From Candidatus Eiseniibacteriota bacterium (GTDB lineage Bacteria; Eisenbacteria; RBG-16-71-46; DASYSL01): a stretch of 60,695 nt of DNA. Below the pieces are notes generated by a model. The model saw only the letters and a program-made list of their open reading frames with translations. It did not search any database and had not been told where the DNA came from. The stretch spans positions 1 to 60,695 of the forward strand of contig DASYSL010000004.1 of the NCBI GenBank assembly GCA_036003365.1. Reading direction: 5' to 3'. How positions within the stretch are numbered: position 1 is the stretch's first letter; the number at the start of each line of letters is the position of its first letter. The translations under genes were made by a program, and so were the position numbers. This document shows, in pieces, positions 19,098 through 30,510 of this stretch.

Positions 19098-19168
19098 TTT
19101 CTTTCTACGCTCGACAACTCTTGGCCATCGCCGTCCTGTGGCTCGCCCTTTGGGGATACGGCGCCGCA

Positions 19169-20899
19169 ATGCTGCGTCGGTTTGTCTTGGCGTCGTTTGC
19201 CGAGCGGACCGCGCTGCGCTGTGGCGCCGGCGTCGTCATGGTCTCTTCGCTCGTCTTCGTGTTGGGTCTGGGCGGCGGTCTCACGCGGCCGTGGCTCTTT
19301 GGCGTCCTCGCGCTGGGCGTGATCCTGGCCGTGGCCCACGCGCCCCGGCGGCTCTCGTTTGGTGGCTCGCCGGTGGCGATCGTCGTGGCCATCCTCGTCG
19401 TCGCTCCGATTGTGCTCCAAGTCTTCTATCCACCGGTCGACTGGGACGCGACGAGCTATCACCTGGCGGCCGCGAAGCTCTATCTGGCCTCTCATCACTT
19501 GGTGGTCACGCCGTATCTGCGCTATCCGGTGTTCCCGCAATTCCACGAGATGCTGTTCACGCTCGCGCTCGGGACCTTCGGCGACGTGGCGGCGCATGGC
19601 ATGACGTTCCTCGCCTGGGTCGGAACCGCGCTCGCGTTGTGGGCAGCGGGCACGCGGCTCGGGGTGAGGACGGCGGGCGCGCTGGCGGCGGCGTTGTGGA
19701 TCGGAAGTCCGACTGCGCTCGTCGTGGGCACGATCGCCTACGTCGACGTGCCGCTTACGTTCCTGGTGACCCTCGCCGGCTTGTGCTGGATCGTCTACAG
19801 GCACGAGCCCCGAGGGCGCTGGGCGGCTCTTGCCGGGGCCTTCGCCGGCGCCGCTGCGGCCACGAAGTATTCCGGGCTTTTCTTCGCCGGCGCTTTCGCC
19901 TTTGCCTTCTTCTTCACTGCCCCCGCGCAACGGCGCATGCGCCACGTGACTCTCTTCGCCGGACTCGCGGCTCTGATCGGCGTTCCTTGGTACGCGCGCA
20001 ACGCCCTCCTGTCGGGCGATCCGCTGTTTCCGTTCCTTGCGCACGTCTTCCCGAATCGCTTCTGGAACGCCGCCGATCTCGCCATGCAAGTGAACGAATT
20101 GCAGCGCCAGGCAAGCCATTCGTGGTGGGACTTCCTGCTCTTGTGGGGCAGGCTCGCGTTCGATCAGGGTCTGTTCGTCGGTCCGGAGGACATGTTCTCG
20201 CCGGCGCTCTGGATTCCCCTTCCGCTTCTCTTGTGGGCGCGGTGGAAGTCGGTTCCCGAGCGCGTCCTCCTTCTGATCGCGCTCGCCTTCGTCGGCGTGT
20301 GGTTCCTCGGGTCCCCGAGCGGGCGCTACTTGCTGCCGGTGATCCCTCTGCTGTGTCTCGGGATGGGCGCGACGCTTGCATCCTTCTTCGAGTTGCTGAG
20401 AATGCGCTTCCGCGTGGCGCTTCCGGCCATCCTGGTCGCCGTGCTGCTCGCGCTCCCGGGAACGCAGTACGCGTGGGCGCGGACGCGGGCCCGGGGCTTG
20501 CCGCCCGTGACCCCGGCCGAGCGCGACGCGTTCATCGCCCGCGCGTATCCGACGTATCCGCTCTATGTCTGGGTGGCCCATCACCTGGACGGTGAGCGCC
20601 GTATCTACGGTTGGCGCGACTCGCCGCTGGCCTACTACTCGCCCGGGACCTTCGTGGGAGACTGGTTCGGTCCGGCGCGTTACTCGGCCGTGGAATCCGC
20701 ACTTCCATACCCGGGCAGGCTTCACGACGTCCTGTGGAATCTCGGGATCGACTACTTCGTGGTGCCGGATGCGAATGGTCCGGTGGATCTCGGTTTCGAA
20801 GAAGGCGATCCTTTCGCCGTCCTCGTCCTGGTTCATGCCGGCCCGGGCGGAAGGATCTTTCGCATCGAGGATCGGGCGGCCGTTCCGCCCAAGTCGTGA
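19169..20899 (+). CDS. Polytopic GT-C-like (ArnT/PMT-type) membrane protein
   Basis: At least 10 helices. The first periplasmic loop YPPVDWDATSYHLAAAKLY resembles the acidic D-x-x-x-Y loop of ArnT/PMT enzymes. The tail is soluble. The start is uncertain (ATG 19169, or TTG 19121 which adds one helix). Confidence 0.6.
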   Translation: MLRRFVLASFAERTALRCGAGVVMVSSLVFVLGLGGGLTRPWLFGVLALGVILAVAHAPRRLSFGGSPVAIVVAILVVAPIVLQVFYPPVDWDATSYHLAAAKLYLASHHLVVTPYLRYPVFPQFHEMLFTLALGTFGDVAAHGMTFLAWVGTALALWAAGTRLGVRTAGALAAALWIGSPTALVVGTIAYVDVPLTFLVTLAGLCWIVYRHEPRGRWAALAGAFAGAAAATKYSGLFFAGAFAFAFFFTAPAQRRMRHVTLFAGLAALIGVPWYARNALLSGDPLFPFLAHVFPNRFWNAADLAMQVNELQRQASHSWWDFLLLWGRLAFDQGLFVGPEDMFSPALWIPLPLLLWARWKSVPERVLLLIALAFVGVWFLGSPSGRYLLPVIPLLCLGMGATLASFFELLRMRFRVALPAILVAVLLALPGTQYAWARTRARGLPPVTPAERDAFIARAYPTYPLYVWVAHHLDGERRIYGWRDSPLAYYSPGTFVGDWFGPARYSAVESALPYPGRLHDVLWNLGIDYFVVPDANGPVDLGFEEGDPFAVLVLVHAGPGGRIFRIEDRAAVPPKS

Positions 20900-20963
20900 A
20901 AGCCCGCGTTTGGCGCCCGTCCGATTGACTTCACGGCTTGTGACGGCGATAGTATTCCTTGAA

Positions 20964-22049
20964 TTGCAAACGACTTACGCCTACCGCTCGGGCCTGCGAC
21001 ACCCTCGGGAGGAGCCCATCTCCGCATCGAATCCAGTCAGGAGATCAGACGCCGGTCCCGGTCTCGAGGGTCTGGTCGAACGGGCGCTCGACGGCGACCG
21101 CACGAGCTTGGCGCGCGCCATCTCCCTGGTCGAGAACGAGACGCCGGAAGCGCGATTCGTCCTGGAGCGCGCCTATCCGTGCACGGGGCAGGGGATCCGC
21201 ATCGGCATCACGGGGCCACCGGGGGCCGGCAAGTCGACCCTGGTGGCGCGGCTCGCGCGCCGCTATCGCGATCAGGGCGAGCAGGTGGCCATCGTCGCGG
21301 TCGATCCCACGAGCCCATTCTCGGGCGGAGCACTGCTCGGTGACCGCGTGCGCATGGTCGAGCTGGCCGGGGATCCCGGGCTCTTCATTCGCTCGATGGC
21401 CTCGCGGGGCTCCCTCGGCGGGCTCGCGGTGACCACGAGCGAGGTCTGCGATCTGCTCGAGGCGGCCGGCTTCACCCGCCTCCTCGTCGAGACCGTGGGC
21501 GTGGGCCAGTCGGAGCTGGAGGTGGCCGAGGCTGCCGACAGCGTGGTGGTGGTGCTGGTGCCCGAGTCGGGCGATGGCGTGCAGGCGATGAAAGCCGGTC
21601 TCATGGAGATCGGCGACGTGTTCGTGTTGAACAAGGCGGACCGTGACGGGGCCGAGCGCGCAGCACAGGAGGTGAGCGCCGTGCTGGCCTTGAAGAAGCC
21701 GGCGCCCGGCGCGTGGCGCCCGCCGGTCGTCCTCACGGCGGCCAACCAGGGCAAGGGCGTGGACGACCTGGTCGAGCAGATCGCGCGCCATCTCGCGCAT
21801 CTGAACGAGCAGGGGCTCCTGCGCGAGCGGCGCCGGCGCCGGCTGCGCGCCCGCGTGATCGATCTGGTTCGTGCGCGCGCCGTCGGCCGTTTGATCGAGC
21901 GCGTTCCGGAAGCGCGCTGGAACGAGATCCTGGGAAGTCTCGAAGCGAGACGCCGCACGCCGCATCAGGCGGCGGCTCTGCTGTGGGAAGAAGCGTGGCC
22001 CGAAGACGCGAGCCATCCGGCCGCGCAGGGCAAAGGGAGAGCGACATGA
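20964..22049 (+). CDS. meaB: MeaB/ArgK-type G-protein chaperone of B12 acyl-CoA mutases
   Basis: Motifs: [41 protein letters not shown]. No ATG or GTG lies between the upstream stop and the conserved core, so TTG 20964 was used. Confidence 0.85.
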   Translation: MQTTYAYRSGLRHPREEPISASNPVRRSDAGPGLEGLVERALDGDRTSLARAISLVENETPEARFVLERAYPCTGQGIRIGITGPPGAGKSTLVARLARRYRDQGEQVAIVAVDPTSPFSGGALLGDRVRMVELAGDPGLFIRSMASRGSLGGLAVTTSEVCDLLEAAGFTRLLVETVGVGQSELEVAEAADSVVVVLVPESGDGVQAMKAGLMEIGDVFVLNKADRDGAERAAQEVSAVLALKKPAPGAWRPPVVLTAANQGKGVDDLVEQIARHLAHLNEQGLLRERRRRRLRARVIDLVRARAVGRLIERVPEARWNEILGSLEARRRTPHQAAALLWEEAWPEDASHPAAQGKGRAT

Positions 22050-23794
22050 AAGAGCCCGCGATCAAGACCAACGGCCAGGACACCAAGGCCAAGGACGCCG
22101 ACAAGGCTGAGCCGCACGGCGGTCCGCGCTCGGCCGGCCCGACCGAAGTCGAGCGCGCGGCCGCCGAGTGGAAGCACAAGTACGAGGAGACGGCGAAGGA
22201 ACGCGACGATCTCTTCGAGACCATCTCGGGCAACCACGTCGAGCCGCTCTACACGCCCACCGACGACAAGGACCGCGACTATCTGCGCGACGTCGGCTTC
22301 CCCGGCGAGTACCCGTACACGCGCGGCATCCACCAGTCCATGTACCGGGGCCGGCTGTGGACCATGCGGCAGTTCGCGGGCTTCGGCACCGCGGCGCAGA
22401 CCAACGAGCGCTTCCACTATCTGCTCGAGCACGGACAGATGGGACTCTCGGTGGCCTTCGACGTGCCCACGCTCATGGGCTTCGACTCCGACGATCCCAA
22501 GGCGCGCGGCGAAGTCGGCATGTGCGGCGTGGCCATCGACTCGCTCGCCGACATGGAGACCTTGTTCAAGGGCATTCCCCTCGGCGACATCACCACGTCG
22601 ATGACCATCAACGGTCCGGCGGCCATCATCTGGGCGCTCTTCCTGGCCGCGGCCGAGAAGCAGGGCGTGCCCTTCGAGAAAGTGGGCGGCACGCTCCAGA
22701 ACGACGCCTTCAAGGAATTCGTGGCCCAGAAGTGCTGGTGCTTCCCGCCACGCCCGGCCGTGCGCCTGGTCGTGAACACCATCCAGTTCGCGTCCGAGCA
22801 CATGCCCAAGTGGAATTCGGTATCGGTCTCGGGCTATCACATCCGTGAGGCGGGCTCGACGGCGGCGCAGGAGCTGGCGTTCACATTGAAGGACGGATTC
22901 ACCTACGTCGAAGCCGCCATCAAGGCCGGGCTCGACGTCGACGACTTCGCGCCGCGCCTGTCGTTCTTTTTCAACGCGCACATGGATTTCTTCGAGGAGA
23001 TCGCCAAGTATCGCGCGGCGCGGCGCATCTGGGCGCGGCACCTGCGCGAGATCTACGGCGCCAAGAACCCGCGCTCGTGGCAGCTCCGCTTCCATACCCA
23101 GACCGCCGGTTGCTCGCTGACTGCGCAGCAGCCCGAGAACAACATCGTGCGCACGGCGATCGAGGCCATGGCCGGTGTGCTCGGCGGCACGCAGTCGTTG
23201 CACACGAACTCGATGGACGAAACCCTGGCGCTGCCGTCCGACAAGGCAGTGAAGATCGCGCTCCGCACGCAGCAGATCATCGCCCACGAGACCGGTGTCA
23301 CGAACGTGGCCGATCCGCTGGGCGGCTCGTACTACGTCGAAGCGCTGACCGATCGTCTGGAGCGCGAGGCCGAGGACTATTTCCGCGAGATCGACGCGCG
23401 CGGCGGCGTGGTGACCTGCATCGAGCAGGGCTACTTCCAGCGCGAGATCCATCGCGCCAGCTACCGCTACCAGCAGGAGCTGGAGCAGAAGAAGCGCATC
23501 ATCGTGGGCGTGAACGACTACGTCGAGGCCGACGAGAAGATCGAGATCCCGATCCTCTACATCGATCAGCAGGTCGAGCGCGATCAGGTGGCCTCGCTCC
23601 GCAAGGTGCGCGAGACCCGCGACAACGATCTCGTGGCGCGGCGGATGGCGGCGTTGACGGAAGCAGCGCGCGACGAGTCGAAGAACCTGATGCCGTACTT
23701 GATCGATTGCGCCCGCGCCTACGGCACCAAGGGCGAGATGCGCAAGGCGATGGCCGTCGTGTTCGGCGAGCACCACGAGGCGCCGGAGTTCTAG
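22046..23794 (+). CDS. B12-dependent acyl-CoA mutase large (substrate-binding) subunit, isobutyryl-CoA-mutase-like
   Basis: ATG 22046 overlaps the meaB stop (ATGA). Motifs: [40 protein letters not shown]. The protein has no B12 domain. Pocket residues are Phe (RQFAGF) and Gln (EFVAQK). Confidence 0.9.
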   Translation: MKEPAIKTNGQDTKAKDADKAEPHGGPRSAGPTEVERAAAEWKHKYEETAKERDDLFETISGNHVEPLYTPTDDKDRDYLRDVGFPGEYPYTRGIHQSMYRGRLWTMRQFAGFGTAAQTNERFHYLLEHGQMGLSVAFDVPTLMGFDSDDPKARGEVGMCGVAIDSLADMETLFKGIPLGDITTSMTINGPAAIIWALFLAAAEKQGVPFEKVGGTLQNDAFKEFVAQKCWCFPPRPAVRLVVNTIQFASEHMPKWNSVSVSGYHIREAGSTAAQELAFTLKDGFTYVEAAIKAGLDVDDFAPRLSFFFNAHMDFFEEIAKYRAARRIWARHLREIYGAKNPRSWQLRFHTQTAGCSLTAQQPENNIVRTAIEAMAGVLGGTQSLHTNSMDETLALPSDKAVKIALRTQQIIAHETGVTNVADPLGGSYYVEALTDRLEREAEDYFREIDARGGVVTCIEQGYFQREIHRASYRYQQELEQKKRIIVGVNDYVEADEKIEIPILYIDQQVERDQVASLRKVRETRDNDLVARRMAALTEAARDESKNLMPYLIDCARAYGTKGEMRKAMAVVFGEHHEAPEF

Positions 23795-23805
23795 GAGGAA
23801 AGCGC

Positions 23806-24216
23806 TTGGACAGGAAGATCCGCGTACTGGTCGCCAAGGCGGGGCTCGACGGACACGACCGTGGCGCCAAGGTGGTCGCGGCGTCGTTTCGCGACGCCGG
23901 CTTCGAGGTCATCTACACCGGGCTGCACCAGACGCCCGAGCAGGTGGTGGAAGCGGCCATCCAGGAGGACGTGGACGTCATCGCCGTGAGTCTTCTCTCC
24001 GGCGCGCACATGACGATTTTCCCCGAGGTGGTGAAGCTCATGCACGACAAGGGCGCCGACCACGTGCTGGTGACCGGCGGCGGCATCATTCCGCCGCAAG
24101 ACATGGACACGCTCAGCAAGCAGGGCGTGGGCCGCCTCTTCGGTCCGGGGTCGCCCACCGCGGACGCGGTGGAATACATTCGCGAGTGGTGCGCGGCGCA
24201 TCCGCGCGCCGTCTGA
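23806..24216 (+). CDS. Acyl-CoA mutase small subunit (cobalamin-binding domain)
   Basis: TTG 23806 has AGGAGG 7 nt upstream. Motifs: [19 protein letters not shown] (DxHxxG), SLLSGAH, GGGIIP. Confidence 0.85.
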   Translation: MDRKIRVLVAKAGLDGHDRGAKVVAASFRDAGFEVIYTGLHQTPEQVVEAAIQEDVDVIAVSLLSGAHMTIFPEVVKLMHDKGADHVLVTGGGIIPPQDMDTLSKQGVGRLFGPGSPTADAVEYIREWCAAHPRAV

Positions 24217-24250
24217 GCGGAGCCGCCCGCCCGGGCGGGGAGGAATTCCG

Positions 24251-24976
24251 TTGAACAAGGTGGTGTCGAGCGCCAAGGCGGCCCTCAAGAAGGCCGGCGT
24301 CAAGGATGGCTGCACGATCCTGGCCGGCGGTTTCGGGTTGTGCGGCATTCCCGAGAATTTGATCGCTGCACTCGTCGAGCTCGGCGTGAAGGACCTGACC
24401 ATCGTCTCCAACAACGCGGGCGTGGACGACTTCGGGCTGGGCTTGCTGCTTGCCACGCGCCAGGTGAAGAAGATGATCTCCTCCTACGTGGGGGAGAACG
24501 CCACCTTCGAGCGCCAGTTCCTGGACGGCACGCTCCAGGTCGAGCTCGTGCCGCAGGGCACCCTGGCCGAGCGCATCCGCGCCGGCGGCGCGGGCATTCC
24601 TGCGTTCTTCACGCCCACGGGCGCCGGCACGCCCATCGCCGAAGGCAAGGAGACGCGCGTCATCGACGGCGTCGAGTGCATCCTGGAGAAGGGCATTCGC
24701 GGCGACATTGCCATCGTGCGGGCCTGGAAGGCGGATCATTACGGCAACCTCGTCTACCGCATGAGCGCGCGCAACTTCAATCCGATGATGGCCACGGCGG
24801 GTCGCGTGACCATCGCCGAGGTGGAGAAGATCGTGAGCCCCGGCAAGCTCGATCCCGACCACGTGCACACGCCCGGCGTGTACGTGAATCACCTCGTGCG
24901 CGCCAAGAACCTCGAGAAGCGGATCGAGCAGCGCACGGTGCGGCCGCGCGAGACCGCGGCCCAGGGAGCGGCATGA
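24251..24976 (+). CDS. scoA: 3-oxoacid CoA-transferase subunit A
   Basis: TTG start. Motifs: [19 protein letters not shown]. The length (241 aa) is typical. Confidence 0.9.
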   Translation: MNKVVSSAKAALKKAGVKDGCTILAGGFGLCGIPENLIAALVELGVKDLTIVSNNAGVDDFGLGLLLATRQVKKMISSYVGENATFERQFLDGTLQVELVPQGTLAERIRAGGAGIPAFFTPTGAGTPIAEGKETRVIDGVECILEKGIRGDIAIVRAWKADHYGNLVYRMSARNFNPMMATAGRVTIAEVEKIVSPGKLDPDHVHTPGVYVNHLVRAKNLEKRIEQRTVRPRETAAQGAA

Positions 24977-27027
24977 GCCTCTCGGTGACCACGCCGATCC
25001 GCCCCGCGCGTCTGCGCCCGGGCGCCACGCAGGAGAAGATCGACGCGCGCTCGCGCGACGAGGCGCCCGCGGCCGTGGGCGGTCATCTCGTGCGCGGCAA
25101 GGCGCTCGTGTTCTGGGACGAGAAGGTTCCGGGCAAGAAGCGCGACGCCATCGACACCGACCAGATCACGCCCGCGGCCGATTGCGTCTCCGAGTCGCTC
25201 GCCACGCTCGATGAGCGCTGGAAGAAGGGCTCGTTCCGTCACCTCATGCCGGATTTCGTGCAGCGCGTGCAGGGCGGAGCCAACTTCCTCGTGGCCGGTG
25301 ACCGCTTCGCCATCGGCTCGTCGCGCGAGATGTCTCCGGCCGGGCTCAAGGGCGTGGCCGAAGAGGCCGGGCTCGAGATGGTCGTCGTGTGCGCCAACAA
25401 CATGGGTGACATCTTCCGCCGCAACTCCTTCAACTTGGGCTTGCAGGTCGTGCAGTGCCCTGAGGCGGTGGCCGACGCCCAGGACGGCGACGAGATGACT
25501 TTCGACACCGACACGCGCGCGCTCGCCAACCTGACGCGCGGCAAGACCTACGCGCCGGTGCCGCTCTCGCCCAAGGAAGACGAGATCCGGCGGAGCGGGG
25601 GCATCTTCGCCGTGGGGCGCCGCGAGTTCGCCGAGTCGGTGCGCAAAGCACCCGCCATCGAGTTCCCAGACGCCGCCACGGCGCGCCGGCTCACCACCAC
25701 CGAGCAGATCGTGTGGGCGCATCGCGTCGACAAGGACGCGCGCGTGGAGCCGGGGCAGACGCTTCGCGTGTACGCCGACTTGCTGCCCGCCTCGGACGGC
25801 ACGGCGCCGTTTTCGATCCACACCTTCAATCAGATCACGGGCGGCGACACCATCGAGCCGCGGCAGGCGGCGATCGCCAACGACCACTTTGTCTTCACCG
25901 GTAAGGAAGCGGACGACAAGCAGACCTCGATCGGCCGCGAATTCGCGCGGGCCATGGGCATCGAATCGCCGTATTACGCCACGCCCGGCGCCGGCATCTT
26001 CCACTTCTATTTTCCCGAGCAGGGGCTGATCGTCCCTGGCGGCTTCTACCCGGGCGCCGACTCGCACAGCCGGGCCTACGGCGCGTACGGTGCGGTGGGC
26101 ATCGGCGTCGGCTCCACCACGCTCGGCTTCGGATGGTCGACCGGCTACATCTATTTCACGCTCGCCAAGCAGCGCCGCGTGGTGATCCGCGGCCGCCTGC
26201 AGCCTTGGGTGACCGGCAAGGACATCGTGCTGGCGCTCCTCAAGCGCTGGGGCGCGAAGCAATCGGAAGGCATGAGCGTGGAGTTCGTCGATCGCGATCT
26301 GCAGTTGCCCATGCCGTACCGCAATACGATCGCCAACATGATGGCCGAGGCCGAAGCGCAGAACGGCATCTTCGCGCCCGACGACCTCACCTACGCATGG
26401 TTCGAGAAGCGCGGCATCGCCACGCCCTATCCGGCGCTCGCGCCCGGCGCCGACGCGGTGTACGCGGCCGACGAGGAGCTGGCGCTCGATGTCTTGGCAC
26501 CGATGATCGCGAAGCCGTTCAGCCCCGGGAATGCGTTCGCCGCCGAAGAAGTCGCGCGCGAGCGTCTCACCTTCCACAAAGCGATGATCGGCTCGTGCAC
26601 CAACGGCGGCTACGACGACCTCCTGCATGCCGCGCTCGTGCTGCGCGCCGCCATCGAGAAGGGCGTGAACAAGGTGGCCAAGGACGTCGAGTTTGTGGTG
26701 TTCCCTGGAAGCGGGCGCGTGAAGCGCGACATCGAGCTCGCCGACTCGCGTCTCGGCGGCCGCTCCATCGCCGACGTCTTCCGCTCGGTGGGGGGGAAGA
26801 TCCGCGAGTCGTGGTGCGGACCGTGCTTCGGGCAAGGGCCGGACGCCCTGGCGCCCGGCGAGCGCGCCATCACGAGCTTCAACCGCAACTGGCAAAACCG
26901 CATGGGCGTGGGTGGCGAGGGCTACCTCGCGAGCCCCGCGGTGGTCGCCGCCTCGGCGCTCGCCGGCTACATGGCGCCGCCCTCGGAGCTCGGCATCGCC
27001 TGGGACGCCGAGCGCTTCGGGATCTAG
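24973..27027 (+). CDS. Aconitase/IPM-isomerase family hydro-lyase, permuted fusion (LeuD-like swivel domain N-terminal, LeuC-like core C-terminal)
   Basis: ATG 24973 overlaps the scoA stop (ATGA). N-terminal part: [29 protein letters not shown]-terminal part: [46 protein letters not shown]. All three Fe-S cysteines are present. Confidence 0.85.
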   Translation: MSLSVTTPIRPARLRPGATQEKIDARSRDEAPAAVGGHLVRGKALVFWDEKVPGKKRDAIDTDQITPAADCVSESLATLDERWKKGSFRHLMPDFVQRVQGGANFLVAGDRFAIGSSREMSPAGLKGVAEEAGLEMVVVCANNMGDIFRRNSFNLGLQVVQCPEAVADAQDGDEMTFDTDTRALANLTRGKTYAPVPLSPKEDEIRRSGGIFAVGRREFAESVRKAPAIEFPDAATARRLTTTEQIVWAHRVDKDARVEPGQTLRVYADLLPASDGTAPFSIHTFNQITGGDTIEPRQAAIANDHFVFTGKEADDKQTSIGREFARAMGIESPYYATPGAGIFHFYFPEQGLIVPGGFYPGADSHSRAYGAYGAVGIGVGSTTLGFGWSTGYIYFTLAKQRRVVIRGRLQPWVTGKDIVLALLKRWGAKQSEGMSVEFVDRDLQLPMPYRNTIANMMAEAEAQNGIFAPDDLTYAWFEKRGIATPYPALAPGADAVYAADEELALDVLAPMIAKPFSPGNAFAAEEVARERLTFHKAMIGSCTNGGYDDLLHAALVLRAAIEKGVNKVAKDVEFVVFPGSGRVKRDIELADSRLGGRSIADVFRSVGGKIRESWCGPCFGQGPDALAPGERAITSFNRNWQNRMGVGGEGYLASPAVVAASALAGYMAPPSELGIAWDAERFGI

Positions 27028-27035
27028 GGGTCTCA

Positions 27036-27686
<651 letters not shown>

Positions 27687-27770
27687 TTTCGCCAAATCTC
27701 ACACTGTTCTTCGAGCCCTGGTGGCGGTACCCTCGTTGCCTGCCTCCCAAGCCGACGACTCGGAGACGCC

Positions 27771-28976
27771 ATGAATCGACTTCTCTTCGCCTGCCTGACT
27801 TTGTCTCTGCTCACCCTGGCCACTGCCCAAGCCGATTCCCCGCCCATCTACTACGGCCGCTGGGGCGCGACCGGCACTGGCCCCGGTCAGTTCCGGGGTG
27901 CGCATGGCGTGGCTGTGGATCCGTGGGGAGATGTGTACGCCCCGGACTACAACAATCATCGCATCCAGAAATTCGATGCGCTCGGCACGTTCATCATGAC
28001 GTGGGGCTCCGAAGGCACGGATACGAGCCACTTCGAGGGCCCGTGGGCCGTGGCGACGAGCAAGGCGGGAAACATCTATGTCACCGAGCTCATTGGGAAT
28101 CGGGTCCAGGAGTTCACGCGCAACGGTCTTTACATTCGCAAGTGGGGCAGCCTCGGGACGGGGATCGGGCAGTTCCAAATGCCGAGCGGAATCGCCATCA
28201 GCGCCAACGGAGCCGTGTACGTCAGCGAGCGGCAGAACAATCGAATCCAGGAGTTCGATCTCAACGGGAACTTCATCCGCGCGTGGGGCTCGGCGGGCTT
28301 CAACGACGGCCAGTTCAACCAGCCACTCGATGTTGCCGTGGGACTCGACGGCAGCGTGTACGTGGCCGATGTGTTCAACACCCGCATCCAGAAGTTCGAC
28401 AGCACCGGAACCTTCGTCGCCAAGTGGGATTGGTCGGCCATCGGGTATCCGAATGGGATCGCGGTGGACCCGCAAGGAAACCTTCTGGTCACCGACGCGA
28501 TCAATGCGCGCGTGGTGAAGCTCGATCCGGCCAACGGGAACGTCCTGACGACTTTCGGCTCGTCGGGGAACGCGCCCGGCCAGTTCATGAGCATCGAGAA
28601 GGTCGCCGCGTCTCCGAGCGGATTCATCTACGTGAGCGATTCCGAGCTGAACTTCATCTCCCTGTTCGCTCCGGCCGGCGTGAGCGCTCCGCCGAGCGCC
28701 GCGAACCCCGGAGGCTTCTTCTTGTTCGGGAGCGTGCCGAATCCGGTTCGCGGCGCAGCGAAGATTCGCTTCGATCTGTCGACGCCGGCGCCGGTCACGG
28801 TGGGCATCTACGACATCTCGGGCCGCTTGGTGCGGCTGGTGTGCGAGAACGTCATGGAAACCGCGGGCCCGCACGAGCTTCCCTGGGACGCCCATGGCTT
28901 GGCGGCGGGGATCTATCAGGTTCTCGTGCGCAGTGGATCCTTCTCGAGCGCCAAGAAGGTCATCGTCCTCGAGTAG
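27771..28976 (+). CDS. Secreted six-bladed NHL-repeat protein with T9SS/FlgD-Ig-like C-terminal domain
   Basis: Signal peptide (LLTLATAQA). There are six repeats of the G.G.GQF..P.G.A...G.VYV.D..N.RIQ.F type. The C-terminal ~85 aa read PNPVRG...IYDISGRLVR...AGIYQVLV...KKVIVLE. Confidence 0.85.
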   Translation: MNRLLFACLTLSLLTLATAQADSPPIYYGRWGATGTGPGQFRGAHGVAVDPWGDVYAPDYNNHRIQKFDALGTFIMTWGSEGTDTSHFEGPWAVATSKAGNIYVTELIGNRVQEFTRNGLYIRKWGSLGTGIGQFQMPSGIAISANGAVYVSERQNNRIQEFDLNGNFIRAWGSAGFNDGQFNQPLDVAVGLDGSVYVADVFNTRIQKFDSTGTFVAKWDWSAIGYPNGIAVDPQGNLLVTDAINARVVKLDPANGNVLTTFGSSGNAPGQFMSIEKVAASPSGFIYVSDSELNFISLFAPAGVSAPPSAANPGGFFLFGSVPNPVRGAAKIRFDLSTPAPVTVGIYDISGRLVRLVCENVMETAGPHELPWDAHGLAAGIYQVLVRSGSFSSAKKVIVLE

Positions 28977-29021
28977 GACGGCCTACGTACCTCTACGGAG
29001 TCGACGACCGCGAGTGTGCCG

Positions 29022-29049
29022 TTGACACCGGCGGTGCGCGTCCTACAGT
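29022..29049 (+). promoter_or_regulatory. Sigma70-like promoter candidate TTGACA-16-TACAGT ahead of the hicB-like/SGNH/msrB genes
   Basis: The hexamers and spacing were read directly in the 245-nt gap after the NHL gene. Confidence 0.3.
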
Positions 29050-29220
29050 AGAGGCACCCGAATCCAACGCGTGTTCGGGGGCCGCATTTGCGTTCTCGTC
29101 GGCATTCCTGGAGGGGGTACGGCGAGGACTTCGTGGAAGGGGCGACGCGGGCCTCCCGGGACTCGTCAGCCTGGGAGCGGCGAGTCAGGCTCGTGGCCGC
29201 CCCGACCACCCGACTGGACC

Positions 29221-29433
29221 ATGCGATTTCTGATTGAGATCGAAAGCGAGCCCGGGGGCAGGGTCCGGGCCATCTGTCGCGAGTTCCCGGGATGTCGCGC
29301 CGAAGCGGTCACACGCGACGAAGCCATCGAGAAGATCCGCCGCGCCATCGCCTACTATCGCGAGATGTGTCCTTGTGACGTGACCTCGGATGCGGGCGTC
29401 GAGCTGGACATCGTGGATGCGGCGCGTCGTTGA
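29221..29433 (+). CDS. HicB-like / UPF0150 family small protein
   Basis: MRFLIEIESEPGGRVRAICREFPGCRAEAVTRDEAIEKIRRAIAYY matches the ...PGC...G.T.eEA......AI pattern of HicB-like antitoxin N-domains. Only the last 70 codons of tracked ORF 29071 are used. Confidence 0.5.
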   Translation: MRFLIEIESEPGGRVRAICREFPGCRAEAVTRDEAIEKIRRAIAYYREMCPCDVTSDAGVELDIVDAARR

Positions 29434-30121
29434 CGCTCTGGTTCTCGCTCTCGCGCTCGGCGGCTGCGCGCACTCGCCACACGACGGGCGCGCGTCGATG
29501 AAGTATCTGGCGCTCGGCGACTCCTACACCATCGGCGAAGGCGCCTACGCCAACGAGCGCTGGCCCATGCAACTCGCCGTGCTCTTGCGCGAGAGCGGCT
29601 TCCCCGTCTCCGATCCCGTGATCGTCGCCAAGACCGGATGGACCACCGACGAGCTGGCCGAGGGCATCGCGACTCGCCTGCACGGCTCAGAGACCTTCGA
29701 TCTCGTCACGCTCCTCATCGGCGTCAACAATCAATATCGCGGACGCGAGACCGACGAATATCGGCAACAGTTCGCTTCACTGCTCGAGGGGGCCATTCAC
29801 TTCGCCGGCGGCCGCGCGAGCCGGGTCATCGTCATCTCCATTCCCGATTGGGGCGTGACCCCGTACGCCGAGCATCGCGATCGCGCGCACATCGCGCGCG
29901 AGATCGACCGCTTCAACGCCGTCAACCGCGAAGCGGCCGAGCATGCGGGCGTGCACTACGTGGACGTGACAGGAATTTCACGCAACCATGGCGAAGACCC
30001 CGCGTATCTCATGGAAGACGGCCTGCATCCAAACGGACGCGCCTACCATGAGTGGGCCCAGGCCGTTCTGCCGGAAGCCGAGGCGGCCCTGCGGGCGAGC
30101 CACAAAACGGGAGAGCCATGA
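29417..30121 (+). CDS. SGNH/GDSL hydrolase lipoprotein
   Basis: ATG 29417. Lipobox LALGGC. Motifs: GDSYTIGEG (block I), IGVNN (block III), DGLHPN (block V). Confidence 0.8.
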   Translation: MRRVVDALVLALALGGCAHSPHDGRASMKYLALGDSYTIGEGAYANERWPMQLAVLLRESGFPVSDPVIVAKTGWTTDELAEGIATRLHGSETFDLVTLLIGVNNQYRGRETDEYRQQFASLLEGAIHFAGGRASRVIVISIPDWGVTPYAEHRDRAHIAREIDRFNAVNREAAEHAGVHYVDVTGISRNHGEDPAYLMEDGLHPNGRAYHEWAQAVLPEAEAALRASHKTGEP

Positions 30122-30510
30122 GCGACCAGAAGACGAGCGAGAAGGATTGGCGGGAGCGCCTGACGCCCGAGCAATACCAAGTTCTGCGCGAGAAGGGGAC
30201 GGAGCGCGCATTCACCGGAAAGTATTGGGATCACCACGCCGACGGTACGTATCGTTGCGCGGGCTGCGGCGAAGAGCTGTTCCGCTCCACCGAGAAGTTC
30301 GACTCGGGCTGCGGCTGGCCGAGCTTCACCGAGCCGGCGCAGGAGTCGAAGGTCGAAGAGCACGTGGACAAAAGCCACGGCATGGTGCGCAAGGAAGTGA
30401 CGTGCAAGCGCTGCGGCGGGCATCTGGGGCACGTCTTCGACGACGGTCCGGGGCCCACCGGCCTGCGCTATTGCATCAACTCGGCGTCTTTGGATTTCGA
30501 GAAGAAGTGA
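30118..30510 (+). CDS. msrB: Peptide-methionine (R)-S-oxide reductase MsrB
   Basis: ATG 30118 overlaps the upstream stop (ATGA). Motifs: [33 protein letters not shown]. Confidence 0.95.
   Translation: MSDQKTSEKDWRERLTPEQYQVLREKGTERAFTGKYWDHHADGTYRCAGCGEELFRSTEKFDSGCGWPSFTEPAQESKVEEHVDKSHGMVRKEVTCKRCGGHLGHVFDDGPGPTGLRYCINSASLDFEKK

Noticed and set aside
18383-20836. 817-aa minus-strand ORF. Similar long ORFs lie antisense to recognisable genes: 1125..2390, 2266..3813, 3908..5395, 17565..19169, 24889..27036, 35349..37496, 52899..54518, 58674..60677.
   Set aside because: Their composition is dominated by Arg/Ala/Gly/Pro with no family motifs. Each lies opposite a gene with clear homology-type motifs and near-saturated third-position G/C. 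This is the classic shadow-ORF artefact of high-GC DNA.
29050-29220. Search for a hicA-like toxin ORF next to the HicB-like gene.
   Set aside because: No small ORF with a HicA-type dsRBD-like sequence is present on either strand. The upstream part of ORF 29071 is Gly/Arg/Pro-rich.
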